This document shows, in pieces, positions 1 to 11,263 of a DNA stretch of 64,000 bases. The position numbers were made by a program, and so were the translations under genes. Positions within the stretch are counted from its first letter, which is position 1. Every line of letters begins with the position of its first letter. A model generated the notes under the pieces. The model did no database searches. It was given only the letters and a program-made list of their open reading frames with translations, and was not told the origin of the DNA. Origin of the DNA: Carcharhinus amblyrhynchos (Eukaryota); assembly GCA_965287045.1 (NCBI GenBank), contig OZ336875.1:99448001-99512000 (forward strand). Reading direction: 5' to 3'.

Positions 1-209
1 TTCCTCCCACAGCCCAAAGATGTGCGGGTTAGGTTGATTGGCCACGCTAAGAAATTGCCTCTTAGTGTCCAGGGATGCCTAAGTTAGAGGGATTAGTGGG
101 TATAATACATAGGGATATGGGGGTAGGGCCTGGGTGGGATTGTGTTCGGTGCAGACTCGATGGGGCTGAAGGACCTCTTTCTACACTGTAGGGTTCTATG
201 ATTCTATGA
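1..209 (+). mobile_element. HE1-like (V-SINE) 3' half with CR1-type tail
   Basis: ttcctcccacagcccaaagatgtgcgggttagg...gcagactcgatgg...ctgtagggttctatgattctatga; same body as the copies at 10538, 28279 and 59996. Confidence 0.8.
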
Positions 210-339
210 ACTTGCCAACTCAAAAATGACCCATTTATTCTTTCTGTCTGTTTCCCATTAGCCAACCAATCCTTTGTCCATGCTAATATGTTTTCCCCTA
301 TGCTGTGACCTCCTATTTTGCTTTGCAAACATCAGAACA

Positions 340-500
340 ACAGGTTAGTCGGTCATTATCACATTGCTATTTGTGGGAGTTTGCTGTCTGCAAAGTTCAC
401 AGCCATATTACCTGCATTACAAAAGTAACTACACTTCAAAAATACTTCATCAAGATGTCTGGTGGCTGTGAAAAATGCTGTTTAAATGCAAGTCTTTTGT
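340..500 (+). mobile_element. DeuSINE (SacSINE1/AmnSINE1-like) 3' fragment
   Basis: ggtcattatcacattgctatttgtgggagtttgctgt...gtaactacacttcaaaaatacttcat...aaatgcaagtcttt matches the recalled Deu-domain 3' part and tail. Confidence 0.65.
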
Positions 501-1060
501 TCTTTTACACAGTGCTACCCCAGTGGTTGCAGCATGGTTGAAGCTGCTGACTTCTATTGCAAGATGGCTGCAGGTGGCCTTGTGCATCTCTGGCCAAAGT
601 AGACAATTCTTCCAGCAGAATGACCGGATGAGAGAAATTTCAGGCTTTAAGCAATTCTGGCTTAATATAAATTGCACTTCTCCGACATCTCATTCCTATC
701 TGGATTTCATTAAATCCTACAGTACATTGAGTCTGCTCTGACAAGAATCCATCTATGCCCTATTCCTGTAACCCCACATATTTACCCTGTTAATCCTTCT
801 GACACCAAGGGGCAATTTAGCACAGCCAATTAACCTAACCCATTGTCATTTAATTGGGAAACAAAGATTTATATGAATGACTTATCACAAAATAAGTGGA
901 AATATGGAACTAAAGGAGGCAATCCAGAAACGACAAAAGGACCACACAAAAAACATGTGCCGACCAAGTACTGCACGTTGGAAATCAGGAACAGCGCTTC
1001 ATGTACGGTGATCAAATACTCAAGCTGAATTTGAAAAGAATCTGCATAGTTAACACTATG

Positions 1061-1244
1061 ATGAGGAGTTGCTGGCGTTGGACTGGGGTAGGCACAGTAA
1101 GTAATCTCACAACACCAGGTTAAAGTCCAGGTTTATTTGGTAGCACTGCGCGATCGCTTGGAGATCCTTTCCACTTTGAGCCGGCAGATTGCAGTGTCCA
1201 AGTAAACCTGTTGGACTTTAACCTGGTGTTGTGAGACTACTTAC
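1061..1244. mobile_element. Palindromic Penelope-like terminal element
   Basis: Inverted arms 1097-1140 (gtaagtaatctcacaacaccaggttaaagtcc...tttatttgg) and 1198-1244; related copies at 17126 and 58802. The Penelope assignment is from recall. Confidence 0.6.
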
Positions 1245-1569
1245 CTAATCAACACTAAGCAGGGGTAATTTTAACTTTCAGCAGTTTCTCAGGGTTTGCT
1301 CCAATGGATAAAATAAGATGGGCAAAATGGCATTCCTCACTCAGAAGTTTCTTATGAGCAAAATGAAAATTCTTATTTACCAAAGCCAGTCAGTCTAATA
1401 GTGGAAAGAACATCATTCCTGATCAGTTCATAATGCTGCTATGTAGTCACTGATCTTGTATGGGTGCATTCAGGAGGGGATAACGATCATGTATTTATGA
1501 TAGGATGATCCTGCTTTGATTTTTGGAAAATCTTACTGCTGCATCCTCCATAATAATTCTAGCTACCGA

Positions 1570-1860
1570 TAGTTACTCAACATAGGGAGATAATTTTGCA
1601 CTGTTTAGAGAGATAGTGGAGAACACCCAGCAGGAGCAAGATTGTCACATGAAATTCTAAAGATTGGGACACAGCAGCTGAAAGACCAACTGTGTCTGGT
1701 AAGTAGAGAAGGCTGGGGTTGATTAATGTCTTGGAAAGTGGAAATAACAAGTACAGAGTGGAGGAGAGCGTAGAGGTAGGGAAAGGCAAAGCCACGTTTG
1801 GATTTAAGTAAAAGCAAGAATCTTCAAAGCTGATTCTCTAGCACATGGGACATGATGAGG
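1570..1860 (-). mobile_element. Degenerate L2-like LINE RT fragment
   Basis: Reverse strand has a decayed LDLSAAFDTV-like segment (ttggtctttcagctgctgtgtccc). Confidence 0.4.
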
Positions 1861-2243
1861 CAAGAAAAGATACACCCAAAGGGTTGAAATAGGGACAGAA
1901 ATGGATGGCTTTTCAGCTAAAAAACAAAAATCAGGCCTGATAACGGATTGGATGCTGAAACACGCAGGAGATCAGTCAGCACTTGTGAGAAGAACAGATG
2001 AGTTAACATTGCAGATAAAGCCTTGGTGAGAACGGAGAATGAGCGACTGGCTGGTTATGTTAGACCAATCCTAGGAACTTCAGAATGGAAACCAATGAAC
2101 ATTGCAGGTGTTACTGTAAGATCTCTGAAATGAGCAAACATACAATCTCACTCATGCTTCAAAACTAACAAACTCAGCAAGTTTTAATGGTGAACCCTGG
2201 GAGGCCAGCAATCCGGGGGCGTGGTTTGAGGGATTCAGAGTGG

Positions 2244-2298
2244 CGGGTCTGTGGCGCTATGAGGTAGCAGTGCTAACCAGTATGCCACCATGCTGCCC
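2244..2298 (-). mobile_element. HE1-like SINE head only (tRNA-derived A-box part)
   Basis: Reverse complement gggcagcatggtggcatactggttagcactgctacctcatagcgcc. Confidence 0.75.
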
Positions 2299-2299
2299 A

Positions 2300-3012
2300 T
2301 GAAATCTCAATTTGCATACCTGAAGTCTCCGGGCTCCCTAGCGTCTCCCCCCAGCCAAGAATGGTTCACTCCAATGGGTTTACTACCACTAACAAGGCAT
2401 AGGTGGCACCAACCCTGCTGGAGGGAAGAGAGGCCACCGCTCCACCCCCCCCCAGGTTGAGGGTAGAGGGTGTGCCCTCAGGGCATTGCTCAAGAGGCAA
2501 ACTGGCAGTGCCTAAGGGGCATCTCAGCACTCCCCACTCAGGTGTCAGCGAGTGCCGGGGTGGCGGGGGGGGGGGGGGCGGGGGGTGCAGGGGAGATTGT
2601 TGGAGGTAGGGGGTCCCGCTGCCACTCTGCCAGAGGATTGCTGGGAGATGGAATGAAGGGGGTGATCAGGACTGTCCTGGGAGGCCAGCAATTTGGGGGG
2701 GAAGAGTTGGGGGTTCAGAGTGGCAGCAATGGTGGGTAGGGCAGCATTTGGGCTGACCAGCGATCAGGAAGCTGGCAATGCAGGGCCAGTGTGCACGCGC
2801 TGATCTCTGTGCTGACAGATCGGCATATGCAGTGTCCCACTCAACACTATGCTGCCTCAGCCTTTCCAACGAGAATAAGCCCTGGCCTCTGATTTTCAGA
2901 GTGAATCTCCCTTGTGCACTCTGCAGTGCTCAGACTGCGGAGATTTATTCTGAAAAAGAATGCTAAAAGAATCAGCGGGAGTTACTCCAATTTTTATGTA
3001 AATTTAGCACAT
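2300..3012. mobile_element. GC-rich non-autonomous repeat (putative DNA-transposon derivative) with G-runs
   Basis: Sharp GC rise against the flanks and long G tracts at 2565-2585; similar in character to 32090-33060. No coding capacity recognised. Confidence 0.4.
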
Positions 3013-4367
3013 GGGAATGGCCCTCAACATACCTTAAACCAAATATCCTGTGTGGGCCAAAAGGTAGAAACAGATGCAATGAGTAAAAATCTTGATTGAA
3101 GAACTTGTAGCAAGGAGTTTTGCAGGGATGGACGGAAGGAAATGGAGACAGTCAATTGGAATTCAAACATGAAAAAAATCCATGCATGAGCAAAAAGCGC
3201 AGAATCTGATATGTCTTTGAACTGAATATATCCAGCTGAAAGCTTAGGGATCAGAGTTCTACCTAATTGCCTCAATATGTTGTTGAACCAGTATTGCACT
3301 GCAGCAGTGCTTGTGCGCTTGATCTGAGCCTTTAGATTCAGTTCCACAAAAGGTCTGACATTTAATAAACGTATTTAATTTGCAATACCATTGCACCAAA
3401 GCTAGGTTAAGTGGAATAGGCTATAATATAGATGTCAGAATAATATTTGTATGATCTATGGTCCACCCTGTTACAAAGATTATCTCAATAGACCACTGCC
3501 AACAACAGTTATTCTAAAGTGAACCTCCTATGGTAATTTTTGCACGTTCTAGAATGAACAATGTGCACTTTTGTAGGCCTTTTGGTTGCTTTGGGCTGAG
3601 CTAGTAAAGGGGAATCATTATTTTTGTCTTTTTGCACCACAGGGGGAGACAAAAAAATGCTTATGGTAATAGATTTTGCAATCTTAAGGGCTTAAAGCCT
3701 TTCAAACATGCAGCATTGGAATACTCCAATGTAGGTTTACCCACTTGGCGAATAGGTTGAACTTGTGCTACTGTAACCAGTGAAAGAATAATAATTGGAA
3801 TGCTATGGACTTAGTACGAGTCAGGTACAGAATATGACTAGGGGGATTCGTGGTGTGCCATTTTAAAAAAATTGTAAGTGAATCGAGACAGAATGAATAT
3901 GATCAAATCTCCCACTGCAAACTATTTTTTCCAGGCAGATTTTAAATTATTTGTTGCTGTGTTTTTTTTCCAGAAATATTTTAGTTAGCACTTCAATTTG
4001 GATGACAGCGTAGTATCCAACAATGTCTAATTATGATGTCTTGTTGAAACTGTTCCAGGAGTTAGCATAAGTTCACTGTGGTTCAAGCAGTTAGACAAAA
4101 GATGTGCCACAAAGAGCCTGATTACCACATTGCAGATTTGCTACTTCCAGGAATCTGGTAATGCCCATGTAAAATATTATCACCGCAATCTTCCTAACCT
4201 CAGGATAAGAATTACTGCGAAAAAATGAAGGCACAAGGAAAAATTGCTAAAGCAAGACATCAAGAGAAAACTTGTTACTGCAATGCAACTGAAATAAAAT
4301 TGTTCTTTCATAAAGCTTCAGTGTAAACACCTGATCAGTGGACATTCCGGACGAGCCCTCACTTGTT

Positions 4368-4666
4368 GGGGCAGCACGGTGGCACAGTGGTTAGCACTAC
4401 TGCCTCACAGCGCCAGGGACTTGGGTTGAATCCCGGCTTGGGTCACTGTTTGTGTGGAATTTGCACATTCTTCACGCCTACATGGGTTTTCCTTGGGTGC
4501 TCTGCTTTCCTCCAACAGTCCAAAAATATGCAAGTTAGGTGAACTGGCCGTGCCAAATTCTCCCTCAGGTGTACCTAAATAGGCGCCAGAGTGTGGCGAC
4601 GAGACGATTTTCACAATAACTTCATTGCAGTGTAGTATGAAGACTAATTTTAATAAGTAAACTTTA
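4368..4666 (+). mobile_element. HE1-like SINE with alternative 3' tail
   Basis: gggcagcacggtggcacagtggttagcac head with A/B boxes; tail ttttcacaataacttcattgcagtg...aataagtaaacttta instead of the CR1-type tail. Confidence 0.8.
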
Positions 4667-5085
4667 TTACTTGGAGTGAACTGCTGGTACAGTATAAGGG
4701 AATTCTTAATTGGAGCTACTGTGCATGTTTTATTTCATCGAATATAGACAGGGCCTCTGTCATTCTGTGGCCTTGGAATTCAATGTAAGTTGCAGAATCT
4801 CTGCACTGTCATTTCCCTTTCATATTCATTCTCAAATTTCCCCAGTGTAACAATTTCTGGAACAAACTTATCAATTTCAAATACTGTCAAGTGGTGACCA
4901 TCTTCAAATGCTAATAATGTGCAGCTCCCCAATTCCCATATATTGAAATGTGCTAGGCATGACATACATGTGGATTATATAACCTATTGGCCCAAATTTC
5001 CAAATCAGTTTACTCAAAATGTGTTTGGTTTAGGAGATAACACACAGACTAAAAATCTGCAAATCAATGCACTTCAGAAAACTGG

Positions 5086-5250
5086 TCCAAAGATGTGCGG
5101 GTTAGGTGCATTGGCCATGCTAAATTGACCCTCGTGTGAGGGGGACTGGCAAGGTAAATACATGGGGTTACAGGGCCTGGGTGGGTTTTGTTATTGGTGC
5201 AGACTCAATGAGCCGAACAGCTTTCTTCTGCATTGTAGGGATTCTATGAT
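5086..5250 (+). mobile_element. HE1-like SINE 3' fragment
   Basis: tccaaagatgtgcgggttagg...ctgcattgtagggattctatga. Confidence 0.75.
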
Positions 5251-5824
5251 ATTTAACAGTGCCAGTTTAATCTAAAACATCAGATCTTCAATAGCTGCTA
5301 AGGAGCTTTAGCTGTGAAAAGAGCAAGGTGACTGCTATTACAGCAGAATTCTGATGACAAGGACAGTACGTTGCTTCTAAACAGTTTAAAACTCACCTGT
5401 TTAGCAATGCTTTACGCAGTGCTGAAAAGACCTGATTTTGAGGAGTTGCCGTTAATCTACATTTTCATCTTTGAGGAGGCAGAAGTTAACTGAAAATTCT
5501 AAGCAGCCTCAGCATAGTGAGAAGCAAAAAGGCAATTTGGGCTCTGCATGAAATTGTAGACGTGACTTAAAAAGAAGCAGGAAATCGACGATCAAATGAT
5601 AGAGATGTTTGAGTGAAGTCCATTAAGCAAATGGAGTCAACTAAAAGGCAGCTTTAATTTCATTGAGTTTTCAGAGACAGAAAACAATATTGTCTTTTTA
5701 CAGCTTAAAAAGGATTTAGTGGCTGATAAATTACTCCACATTATACCTTCCCTGCAAACATTTCATAAACATCATACCAATACATAAGCTGCAACATCTA
5801 TATAGGCACTGGTATGGCTAAGAT

Positions 5825-6222
5825 GTCAGTCACAGCTCAATTTGTAATACTCAATCCAGAGTCAGAAGATTGTGGATTTGAGTTCTATCTCGGATGAAGT
5901 TCACATTGACACTACAGTACAGTGGTGCTGTCATCTTTTAAATCATAACATTAAACCATAGTTCCATCTGCTCTTTTAGGTGGAATTAAAAAATCCATGG
6001 CATTGTTTCAAACAGGACCATGAGTTTTCCTTAGTGCCTTGGCCAATATTTAATTCTCAGCCGATATCACTAAAATAGATTGTCTGGTCATCATCACATT
6101 GGGGTTTGTGGGACACTGCACAAATTGTCTGCTCCATAGAATAGTGAGTGATGCTTCAATGTAAAATGCTTTGAATGTCCTGAGGATGTATAAGTATCTA
6201 CACAAGTGTAAGCACTCTCTTT
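5825..6222 (+). mobile_element. DeuSINE (SacSINE1-like), near full length, diverged
   Basis: ttaaaccatagttccatctgctcttttaggtgga...ccatggcattgtttc...ttggccaatattta...tcactaaaatagattgtctggtcatcatcacatt. Confidence 0.65.
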
Positions 6223-6587
6223 CCATATTTTGGCTTTAACTGCATTATATGTGATCAATCTTTCACAAGGTATCTGCAGCAACAACAAACTGCATTTCAA
6301 TAGTCTTTCTTAAAGTGGTTAATGAGGTTTAGAATGTGTATCCTATGATTTGAAGATTTGAGTTGGAGAACAGAGAACAATGAATTATATAAAGGCAACA
6401 ATGTTTAAAGGAGATATTTTGAAGGTAAAGGAGGAAATGGCAACATTTTTAAAAGAGATTTGCAGAAGTTAGGGGTAAAGCAACTAAAGAATGAACAGGA
6501 ATGAGTGGTAATATGTTGTCGGGAAAGTAAAATATGTGTGAGGATGTACAGATGGAGGTGATGACTCAGATGTAGACAGAAGCAATA

Positions 6588-7000
6588 AAAGAGCTTGCAT
6601 TTATACAGCATCTTTCACAACCTCAGCATGTCCCAAAGTACTTCAATTGATTAAGCACCTCAGCAGTTTGTCACTGTTGATGTTGGGGAAAAGGGCAGTT
6701 AATACGTACCCATCAAGAAACTGCAAAAAGTAATCATGTATATCACTAGATAATGTTTTAGTGATTTTGATGGAGGGATTAATGTCGACCAGAACACCAG
6801 GAGAGCTCCTCTTCTTCAAAATGCGCCATGGACCTTTTGCATTTGCCCATGAGCAGATGGAGCCACCATTTAACACCTTATCTAGAATGCAACATGTCTG
6901 ACAGCACTGCATCAAAGTGTCAGCCTCAATTGTGTGTTTAAATCTCCAGTGGAGAGCTTAACTGAGGCAAGAATGCTATGATTAAACCAAGGCTGTCACC
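6588..7000 (-). mobile_element. DeuSINE (SacSINE1-like), diverged
   Basis: cttgcatttatacagcatctttcacaacctcagcatgtcccaaag is the reverse of the tail; ttcttcaaaatgcgccatgg is the reverse of the Deu core. Confidence 0.65.
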
Positions 7001-8006
7001 ACCAAAGCCAAAGGAATGTGAAAAGAAGGTTTGAGATCTTGATTCAACATGCTGGAATACAAGAAATTAAACAAGCTTGTTTGGACGGAGATGATGAGTG
7101 GGCAGCACTTGATGCAAAAAGGCACATGTCATGGTGATCGGAATACCACAAGTGCACAAATGATGACGGCGTAATCAGGAAATTAAAACAATCACACCCA
7201 GAAGCAGCTGTTTCAGTCCAATATTATGAACTTATGCCTGACAGATCAGTAATTACACAGCATAATTTGCTGGTATTATAGAGAAATATGTTTGGAGATT
7301 TGAAAAGAAACCCTTAATTGAGATTTGCTCCTCAGTTTTTTTAACCTTTTGGAGCAGAGTGCAGAGATGTGCATCCTCAGTAACTCAGTTCCATTTGAAA
7401 CATAGGTACCAAATTGTATGTAATTTGACATGTGGACAACATTTGTGCCAATTTCCTAAAACATAATCTAAGCAAACTCAGGGGGAATTGTATCTACAAA
7501 AGCACAATGATGAAAATCACCAACTGACCTTGGAGCAGCCATCTAAGACTATTGAAACACACATCATCTTGGTATTCCAGTGTGCAACTGCCAGTTCTAG
7601 CTACATGAAGGAGAATCTTGGTATTGAGACTAAAAATTCTACCATCCCAAATGATTCAGATAGGTCATGATTTTGTGCAATGACGTAAAATGGGCAATAG
7701 TGAGTCAGCAGCCCATTTCATAATGCGCCCAATTTTTACTTCCATTTCTGGAGATTGGGAAAGCTATAAAACAGGCTGTTGATTCCAGTTTTGCACACAC
7801 AATATATTATCTCATGATCTTCCATCTCTCACTGCTCCATCAATTCCTCCTGACATATACCCACAATTCAGGTCTGATGCATGCCCCATGGAAGAAAATT
7901 GTCTTTTTAAAAATGAGGTACTATGATGACATGACATGTGAGGTCTGCCCAGAGGCTTTCCCGCAGACAGTTCATCCAGAGCATTTTCTAGTCAGTTTTT
8001 GTGCGT

Positions 8007-8072
8007 GGTTTGTCTTTGCCTTCTGCTTTCAGACGTTGGGCAAACTCTGAAAGCAGAAGGCAAAGACAAACC
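8007..8072. repeat. Perfect 27-bp inverted repeat with 12-nt loop
   Basis: ggtttgtctttgccttctgctttcaga (8007-8033) / tctgaaagcagaaggcaaagacaaacc (8046-8072). Confidence 0.95.
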
Positions 8073-10537
8073 TGGGCAAGGTGGTAAGTCCCAGTGTACC
8101 TCAACTGGAACAGGAAGTAAAACAGCACTATAAATTTCATTCTGAAACACACACTAACCACCTAACCACTGAGCTAACAGGTACCGTATATTGTGATATC
8201 AGGGAGTTTTATAATCCTACCACAAATCCACTTCTTCTCCAGATGTAATATGATTTTTTGTTAAAAGAGAACTTCATCAGCTACCTATTTCACCTTCATC
8301 TAAGGAGTACAAAATGAAATTCTATGCAAGTTAGATGTTGCATTAATGTACTGCTGCAGCTGTTGCCCTACTATTTTTGCTTTTCCTGGTATGTCTTCAA
8401 TATAGGAACTACTATCAGCAACACTATTTTAGATTCATCATGCTTTTTAAATGACTCCAAGTATTAACTTGGTGTTGAAGTGCATTGCCTACATTAATAC
8501 AAGTATTGCAAAATATAACCCAAATAATTTGACCATTCTTCAATATAAAAGAAATGTTACCAACAAATCTGAGAGAATCTTTGTAATACTCAGTAATTTG
8601 CTTTTTTGCTCAAGGCTAAAAAATTGACCGCAATTGGCGAAATAAAAACTTTGCAAATCAAAGCTCAAGACTGGATTTCCCACAAGAAGTTGAGCTAACA
8701 TACAGAAGTGAATGGAACCACACAACAGAGAAGTAGAACTGAACAACATACTTCCAGATACCATCACCATTTCATTAATGTTGGTAATTTAACAAAAGCA
8801 AATGTGAATGCATATATTTACATGCCTTTCCTTAACTACAGTATTTTAAGTGTTGTTGACTGAATGACAATATCTCACTCGAAAGGACACCATGATAACT
8901 TACTCCAGCCTTTCCAAAATGGATTGAATTGCATGCAACTTTCTCCAGTCTTCCCATATAATATTCATCTTCTTCAACTCAACTACAATTAGCATACTTC
9001 AAACTAAAATTACTAACTGAATTATGGTTCCAAAATTACATTTGGTGTAGCCTTTATTTTAGTTGGATTTCGCTTGAATGAAATGAACTACTTATGTAGT
9101 TTTTTTTGCATCCGCTTTTTATGTGTAGCTTACAGAATCTATCATTCCCAACTTGATACATTGCACCTCACCTCACAATAGACAACGTTACAACAAGCTG
9201 AATGCTCAAAACATACAATATCCAAATTACTAATATTGTAAACATGTAAAAAGGAAAAATCTTAACTTTAATTCAATTCTTTGTAATATCCTTAGTAATG
9301 GCCCTAATGGCTCCATTCTAAACAAACTAAAGCATTCCTCACTATTGACATTCAAACATTAAGAAATGCTTCCTAATACATTAGTGTGAAAATATACCTG
9401 TTCATCCTTCCTTCTCCTAGTGAACTACCAAATCAATATAATGATCAAATGGCTCATTCTTCACAAGATAATGGCCTTCTTAATATTAAACCTAGTTAAC
9501 ACCTAGTCTGGCAAATCAAATCCTTTAGAGCAAATTGTTAATTTATCAAACAACATCATCAATCTTGCAACATTAAATCTTGTTTCACAAAGAACAAATT
9601 AGTTTGCATTTATATAGTGCCTTGCATGTCCTTAAGATGCCCCGAAGGATAACAACGTTACTTCTGAAACTTAGTCACTGCATAAATATAAAGAAACTAA
9701 TTTGCGCTCAGTGAGATTCCATAAACAAAAATAAGATAGACAGTTCAACATTGTTTAAGCAACAATTGGGGAAAACAAAAGCAATATATCAAATGAATAA
9801 AAACAGTTTATCAATTATGCAAAAAAACTTCTAGGAGCTCAGTGATGAACTATATTAACAAACACAGTTGAAAATATTAGTAACCTGAAATGCTTCAAGA
9901 AACTGTAAGTCCCCTTATGTTGTCCATCTCAATAACTGCTCCCAGCTATTTCCACAAAGAATGATTATTGAAACAAAATTCAAAATAAACAGGGATAACA
10001 AAGGAACATTAAAAGTCACTTAGTTAAGAGTTTATAAGACTACTGCAGTGAGACACAAGGACACTTTACTTTCTCATAATGCATATCACACTTGGGTCAA
10101 TATAAGAAGCACATTTTCTGGCTCATTATGGCCAATGCTACATGTTTACCAGCGGAATAAGTTGTCAACATTAGTGATTCAGAGATTCTTGACTTGTAAA
10201 TGCAAGACTTAACATATTGCTAGCTCCTTGCAGCACAATGAATTGGGAAACAGACCCATGTTAATAGCAGTGTGTCTAGTCTGACAGAAATACAATTACT
10301 AGTCAGTGTCAATGTGTGTGCAGTGCTCAATGAAGTCACATCCCTGTAACCCCATGTATATATCTCCCTAATCGACGCATCCTTGGACACTAAGGGACTA
10401 AAGGGATTTGATACAACACCAACAATGCCAACATCCAAAATTACAGCTCAATTATAGTTATTATGTTACATCAGCTGATCCATTTAGACCACCTCCAGTG
10501 GTCACATCACCGACGCCAGTCTTAATGAATTCAATTT

Positions 10538-11005
10538 GGCTGCACGGTGGCACAGTGGTTAGCACTGCTGCCTCACAGCACTAGGGACCAGTTCATCCAG
10601 AGCCATTTTCTAGATAGATTTTGTGCGTGGTTTGTCTTTGCCTTCTGCTTTCAGAGTTTGGGCAAGGTGGTAAGTCCCAGTCTACCTCAACTGGAACGGG
10701 AAGTAAACCAGCACTGTTAATGTCACCCCCAGCTTGGGTCACTGTCTGTGCAGAGTCTGCACATTCTCCGTGTCTGTGTGGATTTTCTCCGAGTGCTCCG
10801 GTTTCCTCCCACATCCAAAGATGTGGAAGTTAGGCAGATCAGTCATGATAAGCTGCCCCTTAGTGTCCGAGGATGTGTAGATTAGGGAGACATATACATG
10901 GAGCTACAGGGATTGGGTCTGGGTGGGATACTCCATCAGAGAGTCGGTGCAGACTCAATGGGCTGAATAGCCTGCTCTACACCATAGGGTTTCTGTGATT
11001 CCATG
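10538..11005 (+). mobile_element. HE1-like SINE carrying a 137-bp foreign insert
   Basis: Head at 10538, CR1-type tail ends near 11005, candidate TSD atgaattca (10525 and 11003); insert at 10589-10725. Confidence 0.85.
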
Positions 11006-11263
11006 AATTCACTCCGTATAATATCATGCATATCTCAAGGCATCAGATACTACAATGGCTATGGGTCCTGATAACATTCCGGCAATAATACTGAAGACTT
11101 CTGCTCCAGAAGTGGCCACCTCCCCAGCGAAGCTCTTCCACTACAGCTACAACACATCAGCTTCAGCCATGTGGAAGATTACCCAGATTCGTACAGTACA
11201 CATAAGCAGAACAAATCCCATCCGGCAAATTATCGCCCACTCAATCTACTCTCAATCAGCAAA

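Noticed and set aside
4368-4445. tRNA-like A/B boxes
   Set aside because: This is a SINE head continuing into a repeat body, not a tRNA gene; the same applies to the other copies.
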